Shown here piece after piece: positions 10,362-21,727 of a stretch of DNA of 64,000 nt. How positions within the stretch are numbered: the first letter of the stretch is position 1; each line of letters starts with the position of its first letter. This stretch comes from an uncultured Alphaproteobacteria bacterium. Its GTDB lineage: Bacteria; Pseudomonadota; Alphaproteobacteria; Rhizobiales; Xanthobacteraceae. The position numbers and the translations under genes were made by a program. The stretch lies in the NCBI GenBank assembly GCA_963731585.1, contig CAVSWC010000013.1:188003-252002 (forward strand), given 5' to 3'. The notes beneath the pieces are model-generated. The model did no database searches. It was not told the origin of the DNA and saw only the letters and a program-made list of their open reading frames with translations.

Positions 10362-10976
10362 TTATGCGACCTGCTCCAGCAGCTTTGCGCAAAGCCGCAG
10401 GTCGTTGACGAAACGGCCGTATTCCGCGGCCTTGTCGTTGTCGTCCTGGATCCGCAGCAGGTAGGATGGATGGATGGTCGCGATCAGCGGCGTGCCGTCG
10501 GCCAGCGGCACCACCCGGCCGCGCAGCTTGACGATCGCCGTCGGCCTGCCGGTCAGGCTGCGCAGGGCGGTGGCGCCCAGCGCCACCACCAGCTCCGGCT
10601 TGACGATGCGGAGTTCCTGCTCCTGCCACCAGTGGCAGCGATCGATCTCATAGGCATTCGGTTTCTTGTGCAGCCGCCGCTTGCCGCGCTGCTCGAATTT
10701 GAAATGCTTCACCGCGTTGGTGACGAAGATTTTGCGGCGGTCGAGTCCCGCTTCGGCGATGGCGCGGTCGAGCATGCGGCCGGCGGGGCCGACGAAGGGC
10801 CTGCCTTCCAGGTCTTCCTTATCGCCCGGCTGCTCGCCTACCATCATCACCCGCGCGCGCGGCGAGCCTTCTCCCGGCACGACCTGGGTCGCGTCCTTGT
10901 AGAGCGGGCAGCGCGTGCACTGCGCTTCCGCCTGTGCCAGGGCAGTCAGGGAACGGTAGGCAATCGGTTCGGCCAT
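10362..10976 (-). CDS. Family-4-type uracil-DNA glycosylase with UdgX signature
   Basis: CTRCPLY Fe-S cysteines are present. Motif A is GEQPG rather than GE[AG]PG. There is an inserted loop FEQRGKRRLHKKP (KRRxH), and motif B is HPSYLLR. An alternative TTG start lies at 11006. Confidence 0.8.
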   Translation of the reverse strand: MAEPIAYRSLTALAQAEAQCTRCPLYKDATQVVPGEGSPRARVMMVGEQPGDKEDLEGRPFVGPAGRMLDRAIAEAGLDRRKIFVTNAVKHFKFEQRGKRRLHKKPNAYEIDRCHWWQEQELRIVKPELVVALGATALRSLTGRPTAIVKLRGRVVPLADGTPLIATIHPSYLLRIQDDNDKAAEYGRFVNDLRLCAKLLEQVA

Positions 10977-11045
10977 GGACCCAATCCCAAACAGTCCTGG
11001 AATCAACCGCTCGGCGGCGGTCCCGGTTCCGTCCCGCTGCCTTCC

Positions 11046-12002
11046 CTATGGTTTCATTTGATTGATCGGCTTGCCGTCAAGCCAGGCTCGGATATTGGCA
11101 ACCATGCCGGTATAGAACACCTTGTAATTGTCCAAGGTCGCATAGCCGAGATGTGGCGTCGCCACGACATTGTGCAGTTTCCGGAACGGGTGATCCAGCG
11201 GCAAGGGCTCCTCGTTGAAAACGTCGATACCGGCGCCGCCGATCTTCTTGTTCTGCAAGGCAGCGATCAGCGCGCCTTCGTCCACGCATTGCCCGCGCGA
11301 GGTGTTGATCAGGTAAGCCGTCGGCTTCATCAGCGCCAGATCGGCCGCGCCGATCAGCCCTTCGGTTCGCGGCGAGAGCTGCACATGCAGGGTGACGAAA
11401 TCGGATTGCTTCAACAGCTCCTCTTTCGTCGTCAACGTCACGCCCAGTTGCTGGCAGCGTTCCGCGGTGAGATTTTGGCTCCAGGCGATGACGTTCATTT
11501 CCATCGCCTGTGCAATGCGCGCGACACGGCTGCCGACCTTGCCAAGGCCGATGATGCCGAGCGTGCGGCCGAGCATGCCGGTGCCGGCGGTGGTCTGCCA
11601 CCGCACGCCGTCCTTCATCTGCCGGTCCTCGTAACCGATGCGGCGGGACAGTTCGAGCATCAGCCCTACGGTCAGTTCACCGGGCGTATAGCCGATCGAT
11701 TCCGTGCCGCAGACGAGGATGCCGCGCTCGTTGGCGGCGGCGACATCGATAGCTGCATTGCGCATGCCGCCTGAGGTGATGATCTTCAGGTCCGGCAGCG
11801 CCTCGATCACCTCGCGAGAAATCAGTGTGCGTTCGCGCATCAGGCAAAGTACCGCGACGCCGTTCAGCGCCGCGATGACTTTGCGCGTGTCGCCGGACGG
11901 CTGGGTAAAGGTCTGGAATTCGACCTCGGGAAGCTGCGACCAGTCGGCAACCTGGCGCGCCACGTCGATATAGTCGTCAAGGATGGCGCCGCGATACTTC
12001 AT
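11046..12002 (-). CDS. D-isomer-specific 2-hydroxyacid dehydrogenase family protein
   Basis: 318-aa ORF with NAD motif GIIGLGKVGSRVARIA, plus INTSRG and ATPHLGY. Confidence 0.85.
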   Translation of the reverse strand: MKYRGAILDDYIDVARQVADWSQLPEVEFQTFTQPSGDTRKVIAALNGVAVLCLMRERTLISREVIEALPDLKIITSGGMRNAAIDVAAANERGILVCGTESIGYTPGELTVGLMLELSRRIGYEDRQMKDGVRWQTTAGTGMLGRTLGIIGLGKVGSRVARIAQAMEMNVIAWSQNLTAERCQQLGVTLTTKEELLKQSDFVTLHVQLSPRTEGLIGAADLALMKPTAYLINTSRGQCVDEGALIAALQNKKIGGAGIDVFNEEPLPLDHPFRKLHNVVATPHLGYATLDNYKVFYTGMVANIRAWLDGKPINQMKP

Positions 12003-12107
12003 AGATTCCCCCCGAGCGGTATGCCTGTGGGGCTTGTCTCATCATACCGAGATGGCCCCGGCAAGGGACCGTGGCGGCAAGCCGAAAGCGGGTAATCTGG
12101 TGCGGGG

Positions 12108-12314
12108 TCAGCCGCCGGCTTTCCAGAGGTTGGAAAGGTCGACGTCGGTCGTGGCGGGCTGCTGGCCGTGTTTTTCTTGCCACTTCGGGCCCGGACCGCG
12201 CATATAGTGAAGTTCGGGACGGTAGGAATTGAAGAGGCTATGGGTCAGCCGCCGAGTTTTCTCGGCGATTCGAGCCGTTACCGTGGTCGCGAAAGCCGCG
12301 GCTGTCTCTCCCAT
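12108..12314 (-). CDS. Small hypothetical protein
   Basis: Short ORF reading MGETAAAFATTVTARIAEKTRRLTHSLFNSYRPELHYMRGPGPKW. Only coding-like composition supports it. Confidence 0.35.
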   Translation of the reverse strand: MGETAAAFATTVTARIAEKTRRLTHSLFNSYRPELHYMRGPGPKWQEKHGQQPATTDVDLSNLWKAGG

Positions 12315-12567
12315 GGGACACTCCCACACTGCGCGGCACAACCCTCATTTCTAAAATCGCGCCGCAATTGTCCGCATCATCCGGCACACCTGTTAAAAGA
12401 CTGGTATACGGCGACCGCGGCATTGAAATAGCGTTTCCACATCCTTACTTGCGTTGACTACTCGCTTCGTTCCCCGCGCATACCCGAATGCAAATCCAGG
12501 TGACCGGAACCTCTGCGGGCGAATGTCGTTGTCGTTAAGAGGGGTGGGTTCCCGGAGAAAAGCAGCA

Positions 12568-13681
12568 ATGCGGATCGCGCAGATTGCTCCGCTCATGGAA
12601 AGCGTGCCTCCGAGGCTATATGGCGGCACCGAGCGGATCGTGTCTTACCTGACCGAGGAACTCGTCCGCCTCGGTCACGATGTGACGTTATTTGCAAGCG
12701 CCGATAGCATGACCGCTGCCAAGCTGGTCGGATGCGTTCCGCAGGCGTTGCGGCTCGATGTCAATATTCGCGACACGATCCCCTATTACATGCTGATGTT
12801 GGATCGGGTACGGCAGCAGTCCGGCGAATTCGATATCCTGCATTTCCACATCGACCAGTTCCATTTCCCGCTTTTCCGCCATATGGCGGGCCGCACCGTG
12901 ACGACCACGCATGGCCGGCAAGACCTGCCCGACTTGAAGCCGCTTTACATCGGGTTCGGCGACATGCCGCTGGTTTCGATCTCGAACGATCAGCGCCGGC
13001 CGATCTTGAACGCCAATTTCGTTCAGACGATTTATCACGGCCTGCCGGCCGACTTGCACAAACCAATCTTCAGTCCGCGCGGCGGCTATGTTGCGTTTCT
13101 TGGACGCATCGCGCCGGAAAAGCGGCCAGACCGCGCGATCCAGATCGCCCGCTCGCTCGGCGTCCCGCTGAAGATCGCGGCCAAGGTGGATCGCGTCGAC
13201 GAAGACTATTTTCGCGAGGTTATCGCGCCGCTGCTCGATGGGCCGGGTGTGGAATTCGTCGGCGAGATCAACGAGCAGCAGAAAAACGAATTTCTAGGCG
13301 AGGCGAAGGCTCTGTTGTTTCCCGATCGATTGGCCCGAACCTTTCGGCCTGTCGATGATAGAGGCCATGGCCTGCGGCACGCCAGTGCTGGCCTTCCGCT
13401 GCGGTTCGGTTCCGGAAGTGATCGATCAAGGCGTGAGCGGCATCATCGTGGACAGTCTTGAGGAGGCCGTGGGCGCATTGCCGCGTGTCATTGCGCTCGA
13501 CCGGCGGGCGGTGCGGCGGCGGTTTGAGGAAAGATTTACCGCCACCCGTATGGCCAAAGATTATCTTGGCGTCTATCGTTCGCTGCTTAAGCGCTCGCAG
13601 GAACAGCGTCAAGAACACGACGATGTTCAGCTTGCGGGTGACATCACCACGGATGCTCCAAGGCTGCACATTGACTCGTGA
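12568..13681 (+). pseudogene. Glycosyltransferase family 4 (one frame shift as sequenced)
   Basis: MRIAQIAPLMESVPPRLYGGTERIVSYLTEELVRLGHDVTLFAS. After a shift near 13322 the text continues IDWPEPFGLSMIEAMACGTPVLAFRCGSVPEVI. Confidence 0.85.
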
Positions 13682-15861
13682 CGTTTCGCCTCTGCCCGCC
13701 GCCGCTGAGGCGGTAACCGAGACACCGTTTTACATACCGGCGACCGGGCCTTCGACGCGGCCGCGCTGTACGCTTAAGCATGCGGACACCTTCGCGGTGC
13801 TCGACAAGCACGGCGACATCGGCGCGACGCCGGACGGGCCGGATGGTCTTTTCCACGCCGATACGCGCTACTTGTCGCGGCTGGAGCTGTTGATCAATGG
13901 AATGCAGCCCTTGCTGCTCGGCTCCAATGTTCGTGACAACAATTCTGTCCTCACCGTCGACCTGACCAATCCGGATTTCTATCTCAATCAGAAACTGGTG
14001 CTGCCGAAAGACACGGTGCACATCGTGCGCACGATCTTCCTCTGGCAAAAGACGGCTTATCAGCGCTTCGGCATTCAGAACCACTCCGAACGGCGTATCA
14101 ATTTGCATCTGACGTTCGCCTTTGCCAGCGATTTCGCCGATCTGTTCGAGGTGCGCGGCATGCGCCGTGAACGTCGCGGACTCTTGCGCCCGGCGAAGGC
14201 GAGCGAGCGCAGAGGTCTTGCTCAGCTATGAAGGGCTGGACCGCCGGCTTCGGCAGACGGTACTGTTTTTCGATCCCGCCCCGACGCAACTCGGCGCAAC
14301 AGCCGGCTCCTACAAGCTCAGGCTGCAGCCGGGCCAGCGCTGCGTCCTGTTCGTCGCGGCCGAGAGCAACGCGGAGCCCGGCGTGCGCCCGCCGCCCTTC
14401 CTGCGCGGCATGCAGGCCGCCTTCCGGGCAATCCGTCATTCAACCGGAGACATGGCGGCGGTCGAGAGCTCCAACGCCGTGTTCAACCAAGTGATTTGCC
14501 GCTCAGCGGCGGACCTGTCCATGCTGATGACGCGGACGCCGCAGGGCTCGTATCCCTATGCCGGCATTCCCTGGTACTCGACCACTTTCGGCCGTGACGG
14601 GATCATCACCGCGATGCAGACGCTGTGGTGCGATCCGGGCATTGCCAAGGGCGTGCTGGCGCGGCTCGCGGCGCATCAGGCAAAGGCCGAGGATCCGCTC
14701 GCCGACGCGCAACCCGGGAAAATCCTTCACGAGATGCGCTACGGCGAAATGGCCGCGCTGCGCGAGGTGCCGTTCGGGCTGTATTATGGCAGCGTCGATT
14801 CCACGCCGCTGTTTGTCTGGCTCGCTGGTCTCTATGTGCAGCGCACCGGCGACATGGAAACCTTGCGCACGCTGTGGCCGCATATCGAAGCCGCGCTAAA
14901 TTGGATCGACGGCTGGGGCGATCCCGATGACGACGGCTTCGTCGAATACCACCGCATGACCGGGGAGGGGCTCGTCAACCAGGGCTGGAAGGATTCCCAG
15001 GATGCGATCTTTCACGCCGATGGCCGTTTGGCGGAAGGGCCGATCGCACTGGCGGAAGTGCAGGGTTACGTCTACGCAGCCAAGCTCGCCGCAGCGCACT
15101 GCGCGCGCTGGCTGGGAAACAGCGTGCTGGCCGAAACGCTAGAGAAATCGGCGGCAGAACTCGCCGAACGTTTTGAAGAAAAATTCTGGTGCCCAGAACT
15201 CGGCACCTATGCGCTGGCGCTCGATGGCAAGAAAAAACGCTGTCAGGTGAAAACCTCCAACGCCGGTCATCTGTTGTTTTGCGGCATGATCAGGCCGGAG
15301 CGCGCCAAGCTGGTGGCGGAAGGCTTGATGCGTCCGCAATTCTTCACCGGCTGGGGCATCCGTACCGTAGGGAAAGAGGAAGCGCGCTACAATCCGATGT
15401 CCTATCACAACGGATCGGTCTGGCCGCACGACAATGCGCTGATCGCGCTCGGCTTCGCCCGCTATGGATTCAAGAGCTTGGTCGATCGCGTGTTCACGGG
15501 CATGTTCAGTGCCGCGAGCTACATGGAATTGTCACGGCTGCCGGAATTGTTCTGCGGCTTCCGCCGCGCCCCGAGCCAGGGACCGACGCTATACCCGGTC
15601 GCCTGCGCACCGCAGGCCTGGGCCAGCGCCACGCCTTTCGCTCTGCTGGAGGCTTCGCTCGGTCTTGAATTCGAGCCGGCCGCCAATGAGATCCGGCTGC
15701 ACAATCCGCATTTGCCGGCCTTCCTCGATGAGGCGGTCCTGCGCAATCTGCGGCTCGGCCAGTCCAGCGTTGACCTGCGCCTGCGCCGCCATGGCGAAGA
15801 GGTTTCCGTGCAGGTGATCCGCAGTCAGGGTCATGTGCAAGTGAGCGCCGTCTATTCCTGA
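13623..15861 (+). pseudogene. Amylo-alpha-1,6-glucosidase / glycogen-debranching-like protein (one frame shift as sequenced)
   Basis: The N-terminal part is TLKHADTFAVLDKHGDIG...GLFHADTRYLSRLELLING. The C-terminal part is GWKDSQDAIFHADG...SYHNGSVWPHDNAL. The frame changes near 14185, and the 5' end overlaps the GT4 stop. Confidence 0.85.
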
Positions 15862-15955
15862 GGCCGGCCCGTCTTGCTCTTTGGCGGGTGGATCGCTAAA
15901 TCAGCGACAACTTTCCCCACAATGCGCCGCGGCGCGACACGAGGGCAGGGCGCCG

Positions 15956-17608
<1,653 letters not shown>

Positions 17609-17691
17609 GGCAGCCAGGGCCTGTCACATCAGCCGATCCGAATCGCATATGAATAACACCAGCGCGCTTTGCGTTCAAAAGAGGTCACGCC

Positions 17692-18276
17692 ATGTCGTTG
17701 ACGCCTGACATTCCAATCCCGCCGCAGGGCCACCTGCGCCCGCTGCCGCAGCTGATTTTCGGCTCGCGCTGGCTGCAGCTCCCGCTCTATCTCGGCCTGA
17801 TCGTCGCACAAGGCGTCTATGTCATCCTCTTCCTCAAAGAGCTCTGGCATCTCATCCTGCACTCCTTCGACTTCAGCGAGCAGCAGATCATGCTGGTGGT
17901 GCTCGGCCTGATCGACGTGGTGATGATTTCCAACCTGCTGATCATGGTGATCGTGGGCGGCTACGAGACCTTTGTTTCGCGGCTGGAACTGCAAAATCAT
18001 CCGGACCAGCCGGAATGGCTGAGCCACGTGAATGCCAGCGTGCTGAAGATCAAGCTCGCCATGGCGATCATCGGCATCTCGTCGATCCACCTGCTGCGGA
18101 CTTTTATCGAGGCGGGCAGCCTGGGCTCCGACCGCACCAGCTACACCGAAACCGGAGTGATGTGGCAGACCATCATCCATTGCGTATTCATCCTCTCCGC
18201 CATCGGCATCGCCACCGTCGACCGTATGGGCCAGCCGATTCCGGTCGGGCCCCACAAGGCCGCCGGCCACGCATGA
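17692..18276 (+). CDS. UPF0114 (YqhA/TIGR00645) family membrane protein
   Basis: 194 aa, multi-TM, with [23 protein letters not shown] and [21 protein letters not shown]. Confidence 0.8.
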   Translation: MSLTPDIPIPPQGHLRPLPQLIFGSRWLQLPLYLGLIVAQGVYVILFLKELWHLILHSFDFSEQQIMLVVLGLIDVVMISNLLIMVIVGGYETFVSRLELQNHPDQPEWLSHVNASVLKIKLAMAIIGISSIHLLRTFIEAGSLGSDRTSYTETGVMWQTIIHCVFILSAIGIATVDRMGQPIPVGPHKAAGHA

Positions 18277-19505
18277 AGTTCCGGCTCACCGCGCTGACGT
18301 TGGCTTGGCTGATCGCCGCGGCGGTGCCGCTGCCGGCACGCGCCGCCGATGCCGCATTCCAGCAGTGGCTGCAGGCGCTGCGGCCGCAAGCAGAGCAGCT
18401 CGGCATCTCGCGCGCCACTTTCGACGCGGCCACGCGCGATCTCGAGCCGGACCTGTCGCTGCCGGACCTTGCGGTTCCGGGCCAGCCGAAGCGCGTCGAC
18501 CAGCAGCCGGAATTCGTGCAGACGCCGGCGGATTACCTGCGCGAAACCTCGCTCTCGCGTCTGGCGGCGCAAGGCCGCGCGCTTGCCGCCGAGCACCGCG
18601 CCACGCTGGCGCGCATAGAAAACGACTTCGGCGTGCCAGCCCCGGTGGTGCTGGCTATCTGGGGCCGCGAGACGGCTTTCGGGCGCTCGAATGAGGGGCG
18701 AGACGCGATCCGGGTGCTGGCAACGCAGGCCTATCTCGGCCGGCGCAAGGATCAGTTTCGCGATGAGTTCCTATTTTTGCTGAAGATGCTGCAGGAAGGC
18801 CATGCCACGCGCGCGCAGTTGCGCTCGTCCTGGGCCGGGGCGATGGGGCTTACGCAATTCCTGCCGTCGGAATTCTACCGGCACGCCGTGGATTTTGACG
18901 GCGACGGGCGGCGCGACATCTGGAATTCCGTGCCGGATGCGCTCGCCTCGGCGGCGAAGCAACTCGCCAGCAAAGGCTGGCAGCGGGATCGGCGTTGGGC
19001 CTACGAAGTACGCGCACCGAAAAATCTCGACTGCACGACCGCGCAGCCGAGTCACACCATGTCGGTCGGCGCCTGGCTTGAGCGCGGCTATGCGCCGCTC
19101 GGCGGACCCAAGCCGTCGGCTGCGGAGCTGACGGAGCCTGCTTCCGTGCTGCTGCCGGAAGGCACCTATGGTCCGGCGTTTCTGACCTTGAAGAACTATT
19201 ATGTGATCAAGGATTACAATTTTTCCGACCTCTATGTTTTGTTTGTCGGCAACCTCGCCGACCGCATCGCCGGCGGCGGCCCCTTCGTCACGCCCTGGAG
19301 CAAGGCCTCGCAATTGCACACGACCGACGTGGAGCGAATGCAGCAGACCCTGACCCGGCTGGGTCTCTATCAGGACAAGATCGACGGCAAGGCCGGGATG
19401 CTGACGCGCTCGGCGTTGGGCGCTTACCAGAAAGCCAACGGGCTGAAGCTCGATTGCTGGCCGACGCGGGCCGTGCTCGACCACATGGCGAAATCCAAAC
19501 CGTGA
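18273..19505 (+). CDS. Lytic murein transglycosylase (MltB/SLT_2 type) with C-terminal peptidoglycan-binding domain
   Basis: The ATG overlaps the upstream stop (ATGA). A signal peptide is present, then [19 protein letters not shown] and the C-terminal [34 protein letters not shown]. Confidence 0.85.
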   Translation: MKFRLTALTLAWLIAAAVPLPARAADAAFQQWLQALRPQAEQLGISRATFDAATRDLEPDLSLPDLAVPGQPKRVDQQPEFVQTPADYLRETSLSRLAAQGRALAAEHRATLARIENDFGVPAPVVLAIWGRETAFGRSNEGRDAIRVLATQAYLGRRKDQFRDEFLFLLKMLQEGHATRAQLRSSWAGAMGLTQFLPSEFYRHAVDFDGDGRRDIWNSVPDALASAAKQLASKGWQRDRRWAYEVRAPKNLDCTTAQPSHTMSVGAWLERGYAPLGGPKPSAAELTEPASVLLPEGTYGPAFLTLKNYYVIKDYNFSDLYVLFVGNLADRIAGGGPFVTPWSKASQLHTTDVERMQQTLTRLGLYQDKIDGKAGMLTRSALGAYQKANGLKLDCWPTRAVLDHMAKSKP

Positions 19506-19510
19506 GGCGC

Positions 19511-19542
19511 AAAACAAACGGCCGGCTCTGGCGAGCCGGCCG
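19511..19542 (-). terminator. Rho-independent terminator downstream of the 19565-19933 gene
   Basis: Stem-loop CGGCCGGCTC-TGGC-GAGCCGGCCG, followed on the minus strand by TTTGTTTT. Confidence 0.55.
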
Positions 19543-19564
19543 TGGAGATCCAATCAAGCCGCGC

Positions 19565-19933
19565 TTACGGGCAAATGAAGCGAGGTTTCGACCAGGCGAC
19601 CGGACGGCCGGCGCGGTCGAACGCGACCGGCTTGCGCGCCCAATACCCGCCCGGGCAGGCGACGGGATAACCGGCGGAATAGCCCGTGTAAACGACGTAG
19701 CCGGGAGCCGGACGATAGGCCGGGTAGGCGTAGACCGGGGCTGCAGCGGCCCCGATGATTGCGCCGGCGGCAAGCCCGCCAATGACGCCAGCCGCAACCG
19801 CCCCGCCGACATTTCCATGTCCATGTCCATGGTGATGTCCATGGCGGTGGTTTGCTTGAGCCGGAACCGATGCGCTCATAACACCAGCGGCGATGGTGCC
19901 GGCCGCCAGCAGTCCAACGAAAGCTTTCTTCAT
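19565..19933 (-). CDS. Secreted His-rich, glycine-zipper small protein
   Basis: GGAGGGAG RBS. Signal peptide MKKAFVGLLAAGTIAAGVMSASVPAQA, then HRHGHHHGHGHG, GGAVAAGVIGGLAAGAIIGAAAA, and a Tyr/Pro-rich tail with two Cys. Confidence 0.6.
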   Translation of the reverse strand: MKKAFVGLLAAGTIAAGVMSASVPAQANHRHGHHHGHGHGNVGGAVAAGVIGGLAAGAIIGAAAAPVYAYPAYRPAPGYVVYTGYSAGYPVACPGGYWARKPVAFDRAGRPVAWSKPRFICP

Positions 19934-20065
19934 CTAGTGATTCTCCCTCCAAAGCGGCCAGCAAGTCGCAAGACCGCGCGCACAGTGAATCAACGTAGCT
20001 TCAGTATCGAGCAACGAACACTGAGGCTGCTAATATGTCGTAAATTCGGCCTGAACACGAGATGA

Positions 20066-20102
20066 ATGAATAAAAGGCGTCTCCGCAATAGCGGGACGCC
20101 TT
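20066..20102 (-). terminator. Rho-independent terminator downstream of the disrupted small paralog
   Basis: AAGGCGTCTCCGC-AATA-GCGGGACGCCTT, followed on the minus strand by TTTTATT. Confidence 0.5.
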
Positions 20103-20132
20103 GTCTTATCTTTTTCCGGTCAGTTTGCAGGC

Positions 20133-20345
20133 TTAATCGCAAAACTCGGACACGGCGCCAGCGCGGGCCGTGGTTGGTCCAGACCTTTTGGCGCACCAGG
20201 TGACAACGGCTATAGGCATAGGACCGCCGTAGTAGACCGGCCCCGGCGCCGAGGCGTAACCGTAATCCGGGGCTACAGCGGACCCGATGATGGCGCCAGC
20301 CTACATGAACGCTTCAGCCGGGGATCGAAAAGGCGCTTGATCATC
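20133..20345 (-). pseudogene. Disrupted paralog of the 19565-19933 small secreted protein
   Basis: Minus-strand text AGAIIGSAVAPDYGYASAPGPVYYGGPMPIAVVTWCAK parallels AGAIIGAAAAPVYAYPAYRPAPGYVVYTGY...C in the neighbour. An in-frame TAG lies just upstream, and the putative start MIKRLF is in another frame. Confidence 0.3.
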
Positions 20346-20512
20346 CTTTCAGTCATTGGAGGCTTGGCTGGCGGGCGACCGGCAGCCTGTAAACCCGGAA
20401 ATTCACAGTAAATACATCCAAAACCGGTGTTAGATTGCCATTTCGGGGGCCTTCGACATAGAATTGACGCTGTTTCCGGATTTTGTGCCGGCAAGAAAAG
20501 CGGTAACGGGGA

Positions 20513-21502
20513 GTGTCGATGTCTCACTTCGGAAGACTGTGCCTTGCTGCCGGGCTGCTGCTGCCGCTGACGGCGCAGGCCGATGATGTCCGGCCCTATG
20601 ACAAGGCGTCGTTTTACTTCGCCGCGCATCAGGACGACTGGCAGCTCTTCATGAATCCGTCGGCCTTCCTCGATGTCAGGGGCGCCAGGACCAAGACCGT
20701 CTTTGTGCATCTCACTGCCGGCGATGCCGGCGTTGGCATGGGATTACGCGGCCGGAAGCATCCTTTCTATCTGGCGCGGGAAAACGGAGCCGAGGCGGCC
20801 ATCCGCTTCATGGCGGACGCCAACGAGATGCCGGTCGAGAAGGTCGCCGAACGCACGACCCTCAACGGGCATTCCATCTATCGCGTGAGTTATCGCAACA
20901 CGGTCTCCTATTTCCTGCGGGTGCCGGACGGGAACGGCACTGGCGCGGGATATCCGACGACCGGCAACCAATCCTTACGGCGATTGGCCGACGGCCAATC
21001 CGACCAACTGCGCGCCATCGACGGCTCGACGGTCTATCGCGGCTGGGACGATCTGACTTCAACCTTGCGCGCACTGATCGACTATGAGAGAGCGGGCGCG
21101 TCCACCGTTCAGATCAACGTCGGCGAGACCGACCCGGTGATCAATCCGGGCGACCATTCCGATCATCAGATGACGGCAAAAGCCGCTCTCGACGCCACCA
21201 AGAATTTGGCTTGCGCGCGCCGGCAGTACTTCGTCGATTATGCCAGCGGCGGCCTGCCCGAGAACCTCGACGCGAAACAGCGCGACATGGAGAGCGCGGT
21301 CTTCGCGGTGACCGCGGCCGGCATCCGTGCGCTCGATCATTCCAGCGCCTGGCATCATTACAATGACACCTATGTCGGCCGAAATTATTTCCGCGTGGAA
21401 GAGGGCACCGGCCGTTGCGACGCGCCCCGTCCGGAAATCGCAGTTGCGCCGCAGAAAACCATACCGTCCGGCCAACAGCTTGCGGTAGCCAAGCCGAAAT
21501 AG
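20513..21502 (+). CDS. Secreted PIG-L/LmbE-family deacetylase
   Basis: Signal peptide, then the AAHQDDWQLFM, HLTAGDAG and GDHSDHQ motifs. Confidence 0.8.
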   Translation: MSMSHFGRLCLAAGLLLPLTAQADDVRPYDKASFYFAAHQDDWQLFMNPSAFLDVRGARTKTVFVHLTAGDAGVGMGLRGRKHPFYLARENGAEAAIRFMADANEMPVEKVAERTTLNGHSIYRVSYRNTVSYFLRVPDGNGTGAGYPTTGNQSLRRLADGQSDQLRAIDGSTVYRGWDDLTSTLRALIDYERAGASTVQINVGETDPVINPGDHSDHQMTAKAALDATKNLACARRQYFVDYASGGLPENLDAKQRDMESAVFAVTAAGIRALDHSSAWHHYNDTYVGRNYFRVEEGTGRCDAPRPEIAVAPQKTIPSGQQLAVAKPK

Positions 21503-21727
21503 CGCACGCAGGCACCCCAGCGAGCAAAACCGGTTCCGCGACTCATTTTCAGTCTAATCGGCCAAAGCCCTTCAGCCCCGCTGGAGGGCTTTCGTCGCAC
21601 AGAATCCGCCTGCCGGGCCGATGCGTCTGGAACCATGACCTATGCGCCAAGTTGTCCAGCTAAAGACAGTGCGGAGCAGGCAAATCCCGAAAGCCGACTT
21701 TTGCATCTTGTATCCACGAGGCAGGCG

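Noticed and set aside
10470-11774. 434-aa plus-strand ORF spanning two genes
   Set aside because: It is antisense to both the UdgX-type glycosylase and the 2-hydroxyacid dehydrogenase, and no motifs are present.
19795-19850. Apparent microsatellite CCATGTCCATGTCCATGGTGATGTCCATGG
   Set aside because: It is the coding sequence, on the minus strand, of the HGHHHGHGHG run in the small secreted protein. It is not an independent repeat.
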